Origin: Candidatus Doudnabacteria bacterium
Lineage (GTDB): Bacteria; Patescibacteriota; Doudnabacteria; UBA920
Reading direction: 5' to 3'
Length of the DNA stretch: 51,599 nt
NCBI GenBank assembly: GCA_023245995.1
Contig: JAHFJH010000005.1
Location: 1-51,599, forward strand
The notes beneath the pieces were generated by a model. The model ran no database searches, had not been told where the DNA came from, and worked only from the letters and a program-made list of their open reading frames with translations. Each line of letters starts with the position of its first letter. Position 1 is the stretch's first letter. Shown here one piece after another: positions 1 to 8,832 of this stretch. The position numbers were made by a program, and so were the translations under genes.

Positions 1-250
1 TAGTAGTTCTGTAAATATCTTCAGCTGTTTCTGCGTCTACCAGTATGCCTGTTGCAGCTTGTACGCCAAGACGTATGTTTTGAAGCTGTTCATGATGCAT
101 GTCTTTTATTAAGCCTATTTTTTCAGCTGGTTCAAGTTCGCCTTGTCGATGAATTCTGCTATTTATATCTGCTTGTTTAGCAGATTTGGTAAGGTCTGCT
201 GGTCCGGGTTGCCCACCTGTAATAATTTCGAATGGTTTTTCTGGTTTCAT
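1..250 (-). CDS. hypothetical protein, 3'-truncated by window edge
   Basis: ATG at 250, 10 nt after the stop of the upstream minus-strand gene; reads MKPEKPFEIITGGQPGPADLTKSAKQADINSRIHRQ... open to the window edge. Confidence 0.65.
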   Translation of the reverse strand, partial: MKPEKPFEIITGGQPGPADLTKSAKQADINSRIHRQGELEPAEKIGLIKDMHHEQLQNIRLGVQAATGILVDAETAEDIYRTT

Positions 251-260
251 AAAATTTTGG

Positions 261-1901
261 TTATTTGCGCCTAATGTGTTTTTCGTAGTAGTCCATGGTG
301 GCGTCTACTTTTTTGTGAGGGTTAAATATGTTTAGCGGGTCAAAAATTTTTTTAGTTTGGCGGAACAGTTCCATTATGTCTGGACCAAACATTTTTTCTA
401 AATATGGCCCCCTCACCACTCCGTCGTTGTGTTCTGCGGTAAATGAGCCATGGTACTCCACAATAAGCGCGTACACTTCTGCAGATAGCCTTTCTACCAT
501 GTCTCGTTCGTGTTGTTTGGAGAGGTCCACAAAAGGAATAATATGGAAATTTGCGTCGCCTGCATGGCCTGCAATAGTATACTCAAAACTCGGATAGCGA
601 GCAAAAATGGCGTTTAAGCGGGGCATGAAGCTTGGTAGCTGGTCGGTATGGACAATTATGTCTTCTACAAATGGCGAAGAAATTTTTCCGTGCGCATGTT
701 GGCGAAGCAGGTTAAAACTTTCTCGCCTTACTGTCCAATATTTTTCCGTTTCTTGTTCAGTTTTAGTTATGTGTGTTTCCGCGGAAAAGTTTTTTCGTAT
801 GTCTTCTTCTGCCTCACGTGCTTTTTTTGTCACTTCTGTTTTGTCTTGGCCGGCAAACTCTGCAAGCAAGACAAGTTTTGGCAAGCCACCTCGTAGGCTC
901 ATAAGTGCTTCGGGTAGGAACTGCCACATAAGTTTAAATATGCCCGCACCCATTTTTTTGGCAATGTCTGGCAGGAACCTGAGCGCGAGTTTTAAAGTGT
1001 GATCGTCGTATAGTTCAAAGCTTTGTGGTCGGTGGTTTTTCACTCGCCCAACTATATTGCCCAAGTCTTTGAGGTCTGTAAGAAAAATAACTAGCAGTTC
1101 GCTGTTTGGCTCCACAGGTGCTAAGCGGAATGAAATGTTGGTAATAATTCCCAGAGTTCCCTGTGAACCAACAAAAAGTTTGGTTAAGTCAAAATGTTTG
1201 CCGTCCCAGACTTTCCATAAAAAATAACCAGCAGAGTTTTTGGAGGTAGTTGGTTCGGCTTTTTTTATGGCTTCAAAGTTCGAAGAAATTAAGTGCCAAA
1301 TTTTTTTGTAAGTTTGTCCTTCGAATGTTGGCTCGTTAATTTTTTTTGTAAGTTCTGCTTCGGTTAGTGGCTTTACTGTGTAAAGATTGCCGTCCGAAAG
1401 AATTACGTCTAGGCTTTCTACCCAGTCCACAGTTTGGCCGTAAGCGAGCGACTTTTCTCCCCCTGCGTTATTAGCCACCATACCGCCAACGCCGCAAATC
1501 GACTTGGAGGCAGGGTAACTGGGCATTTCCAAGTTTTGGGCGTGAGTTACTTTTTCTAAGTCTCTATAGTACGCTCCAGGCTCTACTTGTATGGTGTGGC
1601 CTTCTATTTTTCCAATTTGGTTTAAGTGTTTGGTGAAGTCTATAATTATAGACTCGGAAATACTGCCACCTGTCATGTCTGTTCCACCCACGCGCGCAGT
1701 TAAAGACACGTCTTTACCCGCTTGTTTTTCAGTTGTGGTAAAATTTACTAACGCTTTAATGTCTTCCGTGTTTGTTGGTTGCACCACTAGTTCTGGTGTT
1801 GCTTCAAAAATACTTGCGTCGCGACTAAAGTGTTGCCTTGTGACTTCGTCTGAAAGTATTTCACCCTTAAAAGTTTGTTTTAGTTTCTCTACGTCTAACA
1901 T
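261..1901 (-). CDS. FAD-binding oxidoreductase (GlcD/FAD-linked D-lactate dehydrogenase family)
   Basis: ARVGGTDMTGG, GGMVANNAGG and FVGSQGTLGII motifs, plus GHAGDANFH and AEHNDG...FDPLNIFNPHK C-terminal motifs. Confidence 0.9.
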   Translation of the reverse strand: MLDVEKLKQTFKGEILSDEVTRQHFSRDASIFEATPELVVQPTNTEDIKALVNFTTTEKQAGKDVSLTARVGGTDMTGGSISESIIIDFTKHLNQIGKIEGHTIQVEPGAYYRDLEKVTHAQNLEMPSYPASKSICGVGGMVANNAGGEKSLAYGQTVDWVESLDVILSDGNLYTVKPLTEAELTKKINEPTFEGQTYKKIWHLISSNFEAIKKAEPTTSKNSAGYFLWKVWDGKHFDLTKLFVGSQGTLGIITNISFRLAPVEPNSELLVIFLTDLKDLGNIVGRVKNHRPQSFELYDDHTLKLALRFLPDIAKKMGAGIFKLMWQFLPEALMSLRGGLPKLVLLAEFAGQDKTEVTKKAREAEEDIRKNFSAETHITKTEQETEKYWTVRRESFNLLRQHAHGKISSPFVEDIIVHTDQLPSFMPRLNAIFARYPSFEYTIAGHAGDANFHIIPFVDLSKQHERDMVERLSAEVYALIVEYHGSFTAEHNDGVVRGPYLEKMFGPDIMELFRQTKKIFDPLNIFNPHKKVDATMDYYEKHIRRK

Positions 1902-1931
1902 GTATATAGTATAGCAAGTTTTTTAAGTTGA

Positions 1932-1959
1932 TTGACAAAATACAGCTTTAGTTTATAAT
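1932..1959 (+). promoter_or_regulatory. sigma70 promoter
   Basis: Perfect TTGACA (1932-1937) and TATAAT (1954-1959) with a 16-bp spacer; ATG at 1966 lies at the expected transcription start. Confidence 0.8.
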
Positions 1960-1965
1960 CTTTAC

Positions 1966-2046
1966 ATGCAGCAATTAGTAGTTTCCATGTTTTGGCACTA
2001 TAACCTTCTCCACGTTCGTACGGTGGTTGAGTTTGGTGCTGCATAA
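1966..2046 (+). CDS. leader peptide 1 (26 aa, MQQLVVSMFWHYNLLHVRTVVEFGAA), probably leaderless
   Basis: Translated by hand; F-W-H-Y codon cluster; overlaps antiterminator arm 2022-2032. Confidence 0.65.
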   Translation: MQQLVVSMFWHYNLLHVRTVVEFGAA

Positions 2047-2092
2047 ATGTTCCAAATTATACTCAAAGCCACCCTTACAAGCGGTGGTTTTT
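2022..2092 (+). promoter_or_regulatory. attenuator 1 (antiterminator/terminator)
   Basis: Terminator AAAGCCACC (2065-2073)/GGTGGTTTT (2083-2091) plus T-run; GGTGGTTGAGT (2022-2032) is complementary to ACTCAA-AG-CCACC (2061-2073). Confidence 0.7.
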
Positions 2093-2097
2093 ATTTT

Positions 2098-2184
2098 ATG
2101 AACGACATACTTTTACAAGCTATGCATTATTATCTTTGGCTCCTTACTGACCAGTTTGGTGGCTCTTTTGATGTTGGCTTGTGA
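2098..2184 (+). CDS. leader peptide 2 (28 aa, MNDILLQAMHYYLWLLTDQFGGSFDVGL)
   Basis: Starts immediately after terminator 1; H-Y-Y-L-W cluster; overlaps antiterminator arm 2158-2186. Confidence 0.65.
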   Translation: MNDILLQAMHYYLWLLTDQFGGSFDVGL

Positions 2185-2245
2185 GTTTAATTTATATTCA
2201 CTAGGTAACATAAAAACAGCTTCCAAACGGGAAGCTGTTTTATTT
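2158..2245 (+). promoter_or_regulatory. attenuator 2 (antiterminator/terminator)
   Basis: Terminator stem AAAACAGCTTCC (2213-2224)/GGAAGCTGTTTT (2230-2241); GGTGGCTCTTTTGATGTT (2158-2175) can pair with 2207-2224 at 15 of 18 positions. Confidence 0.7.
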
Positions 2246-2290
2246 CGGCCTTTTGGGCCGGTGGCAAACCAATTTTCAGGAGGATTAGGC

Positions 2291-3421
2291 ATGTTTTCAG
2301 TAAGTCCGAAGGTCGATGTTAGTTTGCGCGCCTTACAAGCGCTACACTCGTCTGGGCATTTTGTTGCTCGGTCGTCGCACATTGGTAACCACTACCTTTC
2401 CAACTTGCTTCTGTGGACAGTTGGGCTACCCGCCTTGTTGTTCGACAGGAATTTGTTTCAAAGGGATGTAAATTACCATCCAGGCCACCATATCATTGGG
2501 GGCAAAATAACACCGCTTAATGCTACCAAAGGGCTTGTGCCATTTGGTCGGGATGTGTGTCAGGTTCATTTGGCACCGCTTCGTTCTTTGTTCGCTGGTC
2601 TTTGCCCAACCGAAGCAGAATACTTCTCGGCTCATGCGGACGTGGTGCAGAAGGTCTTTGCGCTTATGGCAAAGCATATGCCTCATGTTTTTGATCGCTA
2701 CTTGTGTGCCTGTGGTGAAGTCTACAAACTGCTCATGAGTGGTAATAATTACGTTGCGGACTGTCCTGCCTGTGGCCGTACTTTACTGCCCTACGACTCC
2801 GTTGCGGAATCGGCCTTTAATTTGGTATTGGGCATAGCAAACGCAGAAAATGGTGGTGGAGGTGCGCAAACGGGTGTGTTGTGGAGCCTGCCGCTTCATT
2901 TGGTGCTTGAGTCTATACTTAACGTACTAGACTCGGGCAAGAATGTTGTTTACCAGCTTTCAGGACCGGACATGATACGCTACACTCGCAACGGTGCTTG
3001 GCTTTCAGAAGTGCGCTGGGTATGGGCCGTCTTGCAAAAACAGGCTCCTGCATACGGCCTTGATTTGCCAGAAGAAATTCATGTGCATGTGGTGCCAACC
3101 GCAGAAATGCGGTTTGGTTACATACAAGGACATGAGGCAGGCCGTTTGGTTGTGGAGGGTTTACTTGGGCTTGAAGCGTACAAGAAGGATCGGACATCGC
3201 CTGCGCGGGCAGATTACTTGGAGCAGGTGCGGACGAACTTAGCAGGCTGGAATGTGTTTTACGACATTCAAGACCCAACGTCCTGGCCTTGCAGTCATCA
3301 CGACTTGGCCCACAACAGACTTACCTTGGTAATACCCGAGGTGGTAATGAACATGAATATGGAAGCTGTGCGAAGGTTGTTCTCTGACTCGCAGAGCAGG
3401 TTGTTTAAATCGCGACATTGA
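2291..3421 (+). CDS. hypothetical protein with HIGN motif and CxC...CxxC knuckle (possible HUP/class I aaRS-like fold)
   Basis: AGGAGG at 2278-2283 before ATG 2291; 376-aa ORF with SSHIGNHY, YLCACG...DCPACG and YQLSGPDMIRY. Confidence 0.7.
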   Translation: MFSVSPKVDVSLRALQALHSSGHFVARSSHIGNHYLSNLLLWTVGLPALLFDRNLFQRDVNYHPGHHIIGGKITPLNATKGLVPFGRDVCQVHLAPLRSLFAGLCPTEAEYFSAHADVVQKVFALMAKHMPHVFDRYLCACGEVYKLLMSGNNYVADCPACGRTLLPYDSVAESAFNLVLGIANAENGGGGAQTGVLWSLPLHLVLESILNVLDSGKNVVYQLSGPDMIRYTRNGAWLSEVRWVWAVLQKQAPAYGLDLPEEIHVHVVPTAEMRFGYIQGHEAGRLVVEGLLGLEAYKKDRTSPARADYLEQVRTNLAGWNVFYDIQDPTSWPCSHHDLAHNRLTLVIPEVVMNMNMEAVRRLFSDSQSRLFKSRH

Positions 3422-3504
3422 CTTGTTGGTGCGCGCGGTTTGTGGGGGTAGTAGTTACTGCCCCCAAATTTCTCACATATGTAGTATTATTATTTAATAA
3501 AGTT

Positions 3505-4491
3505 ATGGAGATTATTATTTCTGAAAAATTAAAGACAGGAGATGAGGTGCGTGTAATTGCTCCGTCTTGCGCTAAGGGTACTTTAAGCTCTTCTGTGATA
3601 GAAGCAGGCGAAGCTGAACTGCGTAGGCTTGGGCTTGTTGTAAGTTGGGGCGAGAATTCTCATATTATAGACAGTTTTGAGTGTGCGCCAATTGCTACGC
3701 GTGTTGCAGATTTGCACGCTGCGTTTTTAGATAAGAATGTAAAAGCAATTTTAGCTGTGCGAGGGGGTTTTTATGCCAATCAGCTTTTAGACTACATAGA
3801 CTGGAATATAATAAAAAACAACCCTAAGGTCTTTTGCGGTTTTTCGGACATTACGGTTTTGCAAAATGCTATGTTAGCTCGGACAGGTCTGGTTAGTTAT
3901 TCGGGTCCAAATTTAAGTTACATAGGTAAGTCCGGAACGCTTGGTTATACTTTAGATTATTTTAAGAAATGTTTGTTTAGCGACGAACCATTTAAGGTGC
4001 AGCCGTCAGACGTCTTTCAAAGTTTTGACTCGCAGGAAGGAATGCAAATAAATAAAAATAGTGGGTGGTATGCCTTGCAGGACGGGGAAGCACTAGGAAC
4101 AATTGTCGGGGGTAACTTATGCACGTTGAACTTACTTCAGGGGACAAAGTATATGCCTTCGTTGCAGAACTCAATTTTGTTTTTAGAAGACGATGTGGAG
4201 TCTAAGTATAGGGATTTTGACAGAAATTTTCAGTCTTTAATTCACTTACCAGAATTTACGGGCGTGAAGGGCATACTTTTTGGACGGTTCCAAGACGGCA
4301 GTAAAATTACTAAAGAAATGTTACAAAGTATGGTGGCTATTCGTCCGGAGTTGCGGCATGTGCCCATACTTGCAAATGTAGACTTTGGTCATACAGAACC
4401 AAAATTAACTTTCCCAATAGGCGGCACTGCACGTTTAGTTGTAAATATTCTAAAACCACAGTTGTCCGGCGTTGAAATACTTACACATTAG
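3505..4491 (+). CDS. LD-carboxypeptidase / MccF-like peptidase S66
   Basis: VIAPS, RGGFYANQLL, GFSDIT (Ser), GGNL, LFLED (Glu) and DFGH (His) motifs; start reassigned to ATG 3505. Confidence 0.92.
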   Translation: MEIIISEKLKTGDEVRVIAPSCAKGTLSSSVIEAGEAELRRLGLVVSWGENSHIIDSFECAPIATRVADLHAAFLDKNVKAILAVRGGFYANQLLDYIDWNIIKNNPKVFCGFSDITVLQNAMLARTGLVSYSGPNLSYIGKSGTLGYTLDYFKKCLFSDEPFKVQPSDVFQSFDSQEGMQINKNSGWYALQDGEALGTIVGGNLCTLNLLQGTKYMPSLQNSILFLEDDVESKYRDFDRNFQSLIHLPEFTGVKGILFGRFQDGSKITKEMLQSMVAIRPELRHVPILANVDFGHTEPKLTFPIGGTARLVVNILKPQLSGVEILTH

Positions 4492-4507
4492 CGTAAGCAT
4501 TCAACAT

Positions 4508-4538
4508 AAAAAATTACCCAAACTTTGGGTAATTTTTT
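4508..4538. terminator. bidirectional intrinsic terminator
   Basis: AAAAAATTACCCAAA-C-TTTGGGTAATTTTTT between convergent genes. Confidence 0.7.
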
Positions 4539-4543
4539 ATAGT

Positions 4544-4843
4544 TTAGTGCGTAGTTGGTGGTTGGAAGTGGCTGGCGAAAGCAGGGGCTATATGGCTATC
4601 TACTTTGTCTGAACTTATGCCGAAGTCGTTATGGTCGTCTTTTAGTTTGTACATCCAGCGGTGCATAGCGTCGCCGTCTATAGTGTTATCGCCATGCCGA
4701 GCCATGCCTCTGGCCTCACCTGTAAGATAGGTAAATTGCTGGTTGTTGATGTGGCCTTCGCGTTTGAGCTCATCTAAGCTTTTTTCAATGTCTGCTAGAG
4801 GCACATGCTTACTGCCGTGCTCTGTAAATAAACTAAAGTCCAT
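4544..4843 (-). CDS. hypothetical protein
   Basis: 99-aa ORF filling the intergenic space and ending at the terminator. Confidence 0.65.
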   Translation of the reverse strand: MDFSLFTEHGSKHVPLADIEKSLDELKREGHINNQQFTYLTGEARGMARHGDNTIDGDAMHRWMYKLKDDHNDFGISSDKVDSHIAPAFASHFQPPTTH

Positions 4844-4978
4844 ATGATTTTATTTAGTAGTTAGTATCTACCCTAAAATTACTACCCACTAGTCTGTTTG
4901 TCAATCCACATTTTAAAACAGTACCCAAGCAATGTAGGTTTGCTATACTATATAAACTGTCATTAAGTGCGCGTAAGT

Positions 4979-5473
4979 ATGCAAAAGAAGAAGATTAATA
5001 AACAAATTATCATTCAGCCAAAACCGTCTAAGTACCGTTTAGTAGCTAAGCGAAGTAGCGCGGGGTTAGGACTTTACACTATAGACCCAATAAAAAAAGA
5101 TGAACAAATAATAGAGTATGGTGGGTACAAACTTACTAACGAAGAAGCGGAGAAGCGGGGTGGCAAATATTTATTTGAAATAATAGAAAGTAACTTTACT
5201 ATAGACGGCACGCCTAGGTGGAACTTGGCGCGGTACGCCAACCACAGTTGCAAGCCAAATGCGGAAGCAGTTTGGTACGGCAAACATGTCTGGATTTGCC
5301 CCAAACGAAACATAAAACCTGGAGAAGAAATTACCTACAACTATGGCCGTGTCTATTTTAAAGACATAATTGGCGGGGAGAAATACTGCAAGTGCCCAAT
5401 ACACCACCCGTCAAAAGGGCACTTGGGTAAGTTGACGGAAAAGGAACTCCGTCGTTATAGCCGGAATTCATAA
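4979..5473 (+). CDS. SET domain protein-lysine methyltransferase
   Basis: GLGLY, IIEYGG, ARYANHSCKPN and GEEITYNYG motifs; post-SET CKC. Confidence 0.92.
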   Translation: MQKKKINKQIIIQPKPSKYRLVAKRSSAGLGLYTIDPIKKDEQIIEYGGYKLTNEEAEKRGGKYLFEIIESNFTIDGTPRWNLARYANHSCKPNAEAVWYGKHVWICPKRNIKPGEEITYNYGRVYFKDIIGGEKYCKCPIHHPSKGHLGKLTEKELRRYSRNS

Positions 5474-5545
5474 TTTTTAATGTCTAAAAAATAAGAGTAT
5501 AATTACCTTAACATTAGATATTAGTTATTAGAAATTTTTAAAACT

Positions 5546-5932
5546 ATGCTTAAAGGATTTAAGGATTTTATTTTACGGGGGAACGTTATAGACCTCGCAG
5601 TTGGTGTGGTAATAGGTGCGGCATTTGGTGCGGTGGTGGAGTCGTTGGTAAAAGATGTTTTAACTCCGCTTATTGGTGCTATTGCTCGCGTGCCAAATTT
5701 TGCTAATTTATCTTTCACTTTAAACGGTAGTAGATTCATGTACGGAGCGTTTATAAACGCCCTGCTTGGGTTTTTGTTGGTAGCTGCCTCTATATACTTT
5801 TTTGTTGTGGTACCAGTTTCTAAACTTGTCCCTAAAAAACAAGAACCAGTAACTACTAAAGACTGCGGAGAATGTTGCAGTTCCATTCCGCTACAAGCTA
5901 AGCGTTGCAAACATTGTGGGCAACCTGTATAG
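5546..5932 (+). CDS. mscL: large-conductance mechanosensitive channel with C-terminal Cys-rich ribbon
   Basis: [24 protein letters not shown] and [11 protein letters not shown] motifs; C-terminal CGECC...CKHCG. Confidence 0.93.
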   Translation: MLKGFKDFILRGNVIDLAVGVVIGAAFGAVVESLVKDVLTPLIGAIARVPNFANLSFTLNGSRFMYGAFINALLGFLLVAASIYFFVVVPVSKLVPKKQEPVTTKDCGECCSSIPLQAKRCKHCGQPV

Positions 5933-5978
5933 ACAATACGTAATATGTAATCTAAAACATATTGCTCTTTTCCTATAT

Positions 5979-6290
5979 ATGATGAATTTTAGAGAAAGAG
6001 TTATAGAGATTGTGAAAAGCATACCCAAAGGAAAAGTTGCAAGTTACGGGCAAGTGGCGGCCGTTTGTGGTAGCCCAAGGGCAGCAAGAGTCGTGGGCGG
6101 GATTTTGCGTGGCTCTAGTTTAGACTCTTTGCCTTGGTGGCGGGTTATAAATAACAAAGGAGAAATATCTATAAAAGGTAGTTTTGAAGCCACGAAATTT
6201 TTGCAGAAGCAATTGCTTGAGGCAGAGGGAGTGGCTGTATCGGTAAATATGCTTGTAGACATGCGGAAATATAGATTTAATTTCAAATAA
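5979..6290 (+). CDS. alkyltransferase-like protein (MGMT family, ATL type)
   Basis: IPKGKVASYGQVA, PRAARVVG and PWWRVIN (Trp in place of the catalytic Cys). Confidence 0.9.
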   Translation: MMNFRERVIEIVKSIPKGKVASYGQVAAVCGSPRAARVVGGILRGSSLDSLPWWRVINNKGEISIKGSFEATKFLQKQLLEAEGVAVSVNMLVDMRKYRFNFK

Positions 6291-6313
6291 ACTGCGGCAT
6301 AATTTGTAGTACT

Positions 6314-6345
6314 AAAAAATACGTAATAATAATTACGTATTTTTT
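6314..6345. terminator. bidirectional terminator-like hairpin
   Basis: AAAAAATACGTAAT/ATTACGTATTTTTT between convergent genes. Confidence 0.6.
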
Positions 6346-6363
6346 ATAACAGTGAAATGTAAT

Positions 6364-7002
6364 TTAGTTTACCAAGTTAAGTAGGTGAGTGGTATTGTTC
6401 CAGGTAATTAAATTCCAGCCAGAACTTTCACTGTATTCTAAATGGATTATGCCAGTATTATTTACTTTGCAGTGATAAAAGAATTGCCAAAAAACAGACG
6501 GAGTAAGTTGGTCTTGCAGTAGCAGTCTTAGTACAATTAAAACCGTAATTTGTATATGAGATATGCAGACTATATTTTCATTGTTCTGGTGCAACAATAC
6601 GTGCTGCTCTACTTGTTTTGCTCTGCACAATAAGTCGTTAAAAGATTCGTCGTCTGTATACTTCCAGTCAGGACTAGTTTGATTTTCCTTTATAATTTTT
6701 TTAATTTCATGAGCTTTTGGGTGATTATATTCTAAACCCTCTAGCTCTGTAGGTCGTTTAAGCTCTTTGAGGAATTCTATATGTTCAAGTGGAAGTTTTA
6801 ACACTTCTGAAATAATTTCAGCTGTGTGCTTGGCTCTTAGGTGGGGGCTCGTATAGAGTTTGTCTATTTTTATTTGTTTAAAGTATTGTGCAACAGCTCT
6901 TGCCTGCTTAACCCCTATTTCGGACAATGACACGTTCTCGCCTTGATGAAATTGTCTTGAATTACCCTCGGACTCTCCATGGCGTATAAAATATAGGTTC
7001 AT
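6364..7002 (-). CDS. histidine phosphatase family protein
   Basis: LYFIRHGES, TSPHLRAKHTA, ISH and NTGI motifs. Confidence 0.9.
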   Translation of the reverse strand: MNLYFIRHGESEGNSRQFHQGENVSLSEIGVKQARAVAQYFKQIKIDKLYTSPHLRAKHTAEIISEVLKLPLEHIEFLKELKRPTELEGLEYNHPKAHEIKKIIKENQTSPDWKYTDDESFNDLLCRAKQVEQHVLLHQNNENIVCISHIQITVLIVLRLLLQDQLTPSVFWQFFYHCKVNNTGIIHLEYSESSGWNLITWNNTTHLLNLVN

Positions 7003-7436
7003 ATACTACTAAAACTAATATATTACAATATGATTGTACCATTTAAGGGTTAGGTTGTAATTTATTGTATAAACACGTTCATAGTCTATGATTCTTTTGT
7101 TTACTGGACAACTTGGGTTATCTATGCTATAATAACTGTAAGTTACATTCTTCATGCATTGGTAGCCCAAGTGTTTGGGTTTTTTATTTAACAACCAATG
7201 TTTACTCAACTATAAAATAGTTTGGGTACAAGCAGAAGATATCTCTATTTTTATTTAAAAAAGTAGAGCACGCGGTAGAAATAATTATAATCCATTTTTA
7301 AATTTGGGTTGTTGGCACCTTGCCGAACAAATATTTTTTCTTGCCGTCATATTTAAACCAACAAGACACATATACATACAGGTATATGGTTGTGGTTGCA
7401 CACTGCACAGAATGAGGCTAGAAAGAATATAAGTAT

Positions 7437-8747
7437 ATGAATACAGTTACGACAGCTCCAGAGCAAGACTCTGAGGCGCCTAGCAGTTTTGAAGGTCTTG
7501 GTATAGACCCGAAATTTTTAGGCATGCTTAAAAGAGCTGGCTATAGCGAGCCAACACCAATCCAAAAACAATCCTTGCCGGTTACACTGCAAGGTGCAGA
7601 TGTTTTGGGTATTGCCCAAACAGGAACAGGAAAAACCTTAGCCTTCGGTGTACCAATGATACAACGCCTAGTGACCGGTGGTGGGATAGGGCTTGTGGTG
7701 TTGCCAACTCGCGAACTTGCAGTGCAAGTAGAAAGTTCACTACACCGCATTGGTAAAGAAATTGGCCTTAAAACAGCTTTACTTATTGGCGGAGAAGCTA
7801 TGGGTAAACAATTACGCGCGTTAAAGTTTTCACCGCACATTTTAATTGCTACTCCGGGTAGGCTTATAGACCATTTAGAACAAAAAACTGCGCGTCTTAA
7901 CACAGTCAAAGTTTTGGTTTTAGACGAAGCCGACAGAATGTTAGACATGGGTTTTGCTCCACAGTTAAAACGTATATTGCAGGAAGTGCCGGAGGAGCGG
8001 CAGACTATGTTGTTTTCTGCAACTATGCCCGACGCAATTGTAAATATTGCAAAACAATACATGAAGTTGCCGGTGCGCGTGGAAGTTGCAAAGCCTGGAA
8101 CTGCAGCAAGTACCATAGCCCAAGAAGTTGTGTTCGTTCACAGAGCCGACAAGCCTTTAGTGCTAAAAGAGTTGCTTGCAGAAGAGCAGGGGACAGTGTT
8201 GGTATTTACTCGCACAAAGTTTGGAGCAAAAAAAGTTGCAAAACTTGTACGTGACTGGGGTTACACTTCCAACGAGCTTCATTCCAACCGCACACTTGCA
8301 CAGCGCTTAGCTGCTTTGAACGGTTTTAAAAAAGGAATATATAGAGTACTTGTGGCTACAGACATTGCTGCACGCGGTATAGACGCAGCAGGTATTGCGC
8401 TTGTGGTAAATTTTGACTTGCCTATGCAACCGGAAGACTATGTGCACCGGATTGGCCGTACCGGTCGCGCTGGTAAAGCTGGTAAGGCTATTTCCATAGC
8501 GGCTATAGAAGAACGCCGCGACGTCCGCGAAATAGAGCGACTAATAGGTAAAATGTTACCAGTTAAAAAAGTTTCTAGTGTGGCAACTCCGGCAACGCCT
8601 GTGTATGACTCACCAAGAGCTGCGTCTCCTTTTGCTTCTGCGCGGAGCAGACCAGCTTCACGTTTTTCTGGTAGACAAAAAAGTTTCCGACGTCCTAGCC
8701 GTCCCTCTGTCCCTTCCGGTAGTCGCCGTAGCGGCCGCATGAGATAA
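7437..8747 (+). CDS. DEAD-box ATP-dependent RNA helicase
   Basis: PTPIQ, AQTGTGKT, PTRELA, TPGRL, DEAD, SAT, ARGID and HRIGRTGR motifs. Confidence 0.97.
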   Translation: MNTVTTAPEQDSEAPSSFEGLGIDPKFLGMLKRAGYSEPTPIQKQSLPVTLQGADVLGIAQTGTGKTLAFGVPMIQRLVTGGGIGLVVLPTRELAVQVESSLHRIGKEIGLKTALLIGGEAMGKQLRALKFSPHILIATPGRLIDHLEQKTARLNTVKVLVLDEADRMLDMGFAPQLKRILQEVPEERQTMLFSATMPDAIVNIAKQYMKLPVRVEVAKPGTAASTIAQEVVFVHRADKPLVLKELLAEEQGTVLVFTRTKFGAKKVAKLVRDWGYTSNELHSNRTLAQRLAALNGFKKGIYRVLVATDIAARGIDAAGIALVVNFDLPMQPEDYVHRIGRTGRAGKAGKAISIAAIEERRDVREIERLIGKMLPVKKVSSVATPATPVYDSPRAASPFASARSRPASRFSGRQKSFRRPSRPSVPSGSRRSGRMR

Positions 8748-8771
8748 AAATTTACAGTATATATAAAAAAT

Positions 8772-8809
8772 GAGCGGGCAAGTGACGGCACTTTCCCGCT
8801 CTTTATTTT
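8772..8809 (+). terminator. intrinsic terminator
   Basis: GAGCGGG-C-AAGTG/CACTT-T-CCCGCTC followed by TTTATTTT. Confidence 0.65.
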
Positions 8810-8832
8810 ACACGCGTGATGGTTTCGCTTCA

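Noticed and set aside
2156-2290. Longer start for the 421-aa ORF
   Set aside because: It runs through leader 2 and terminator 2; AGGAGG supports ATG 2291.
7015-7209. 64-aa minus-strand ORF
   Set aside because: TTG start in AT-rich intergenic DNA with no motif; probably spurious.
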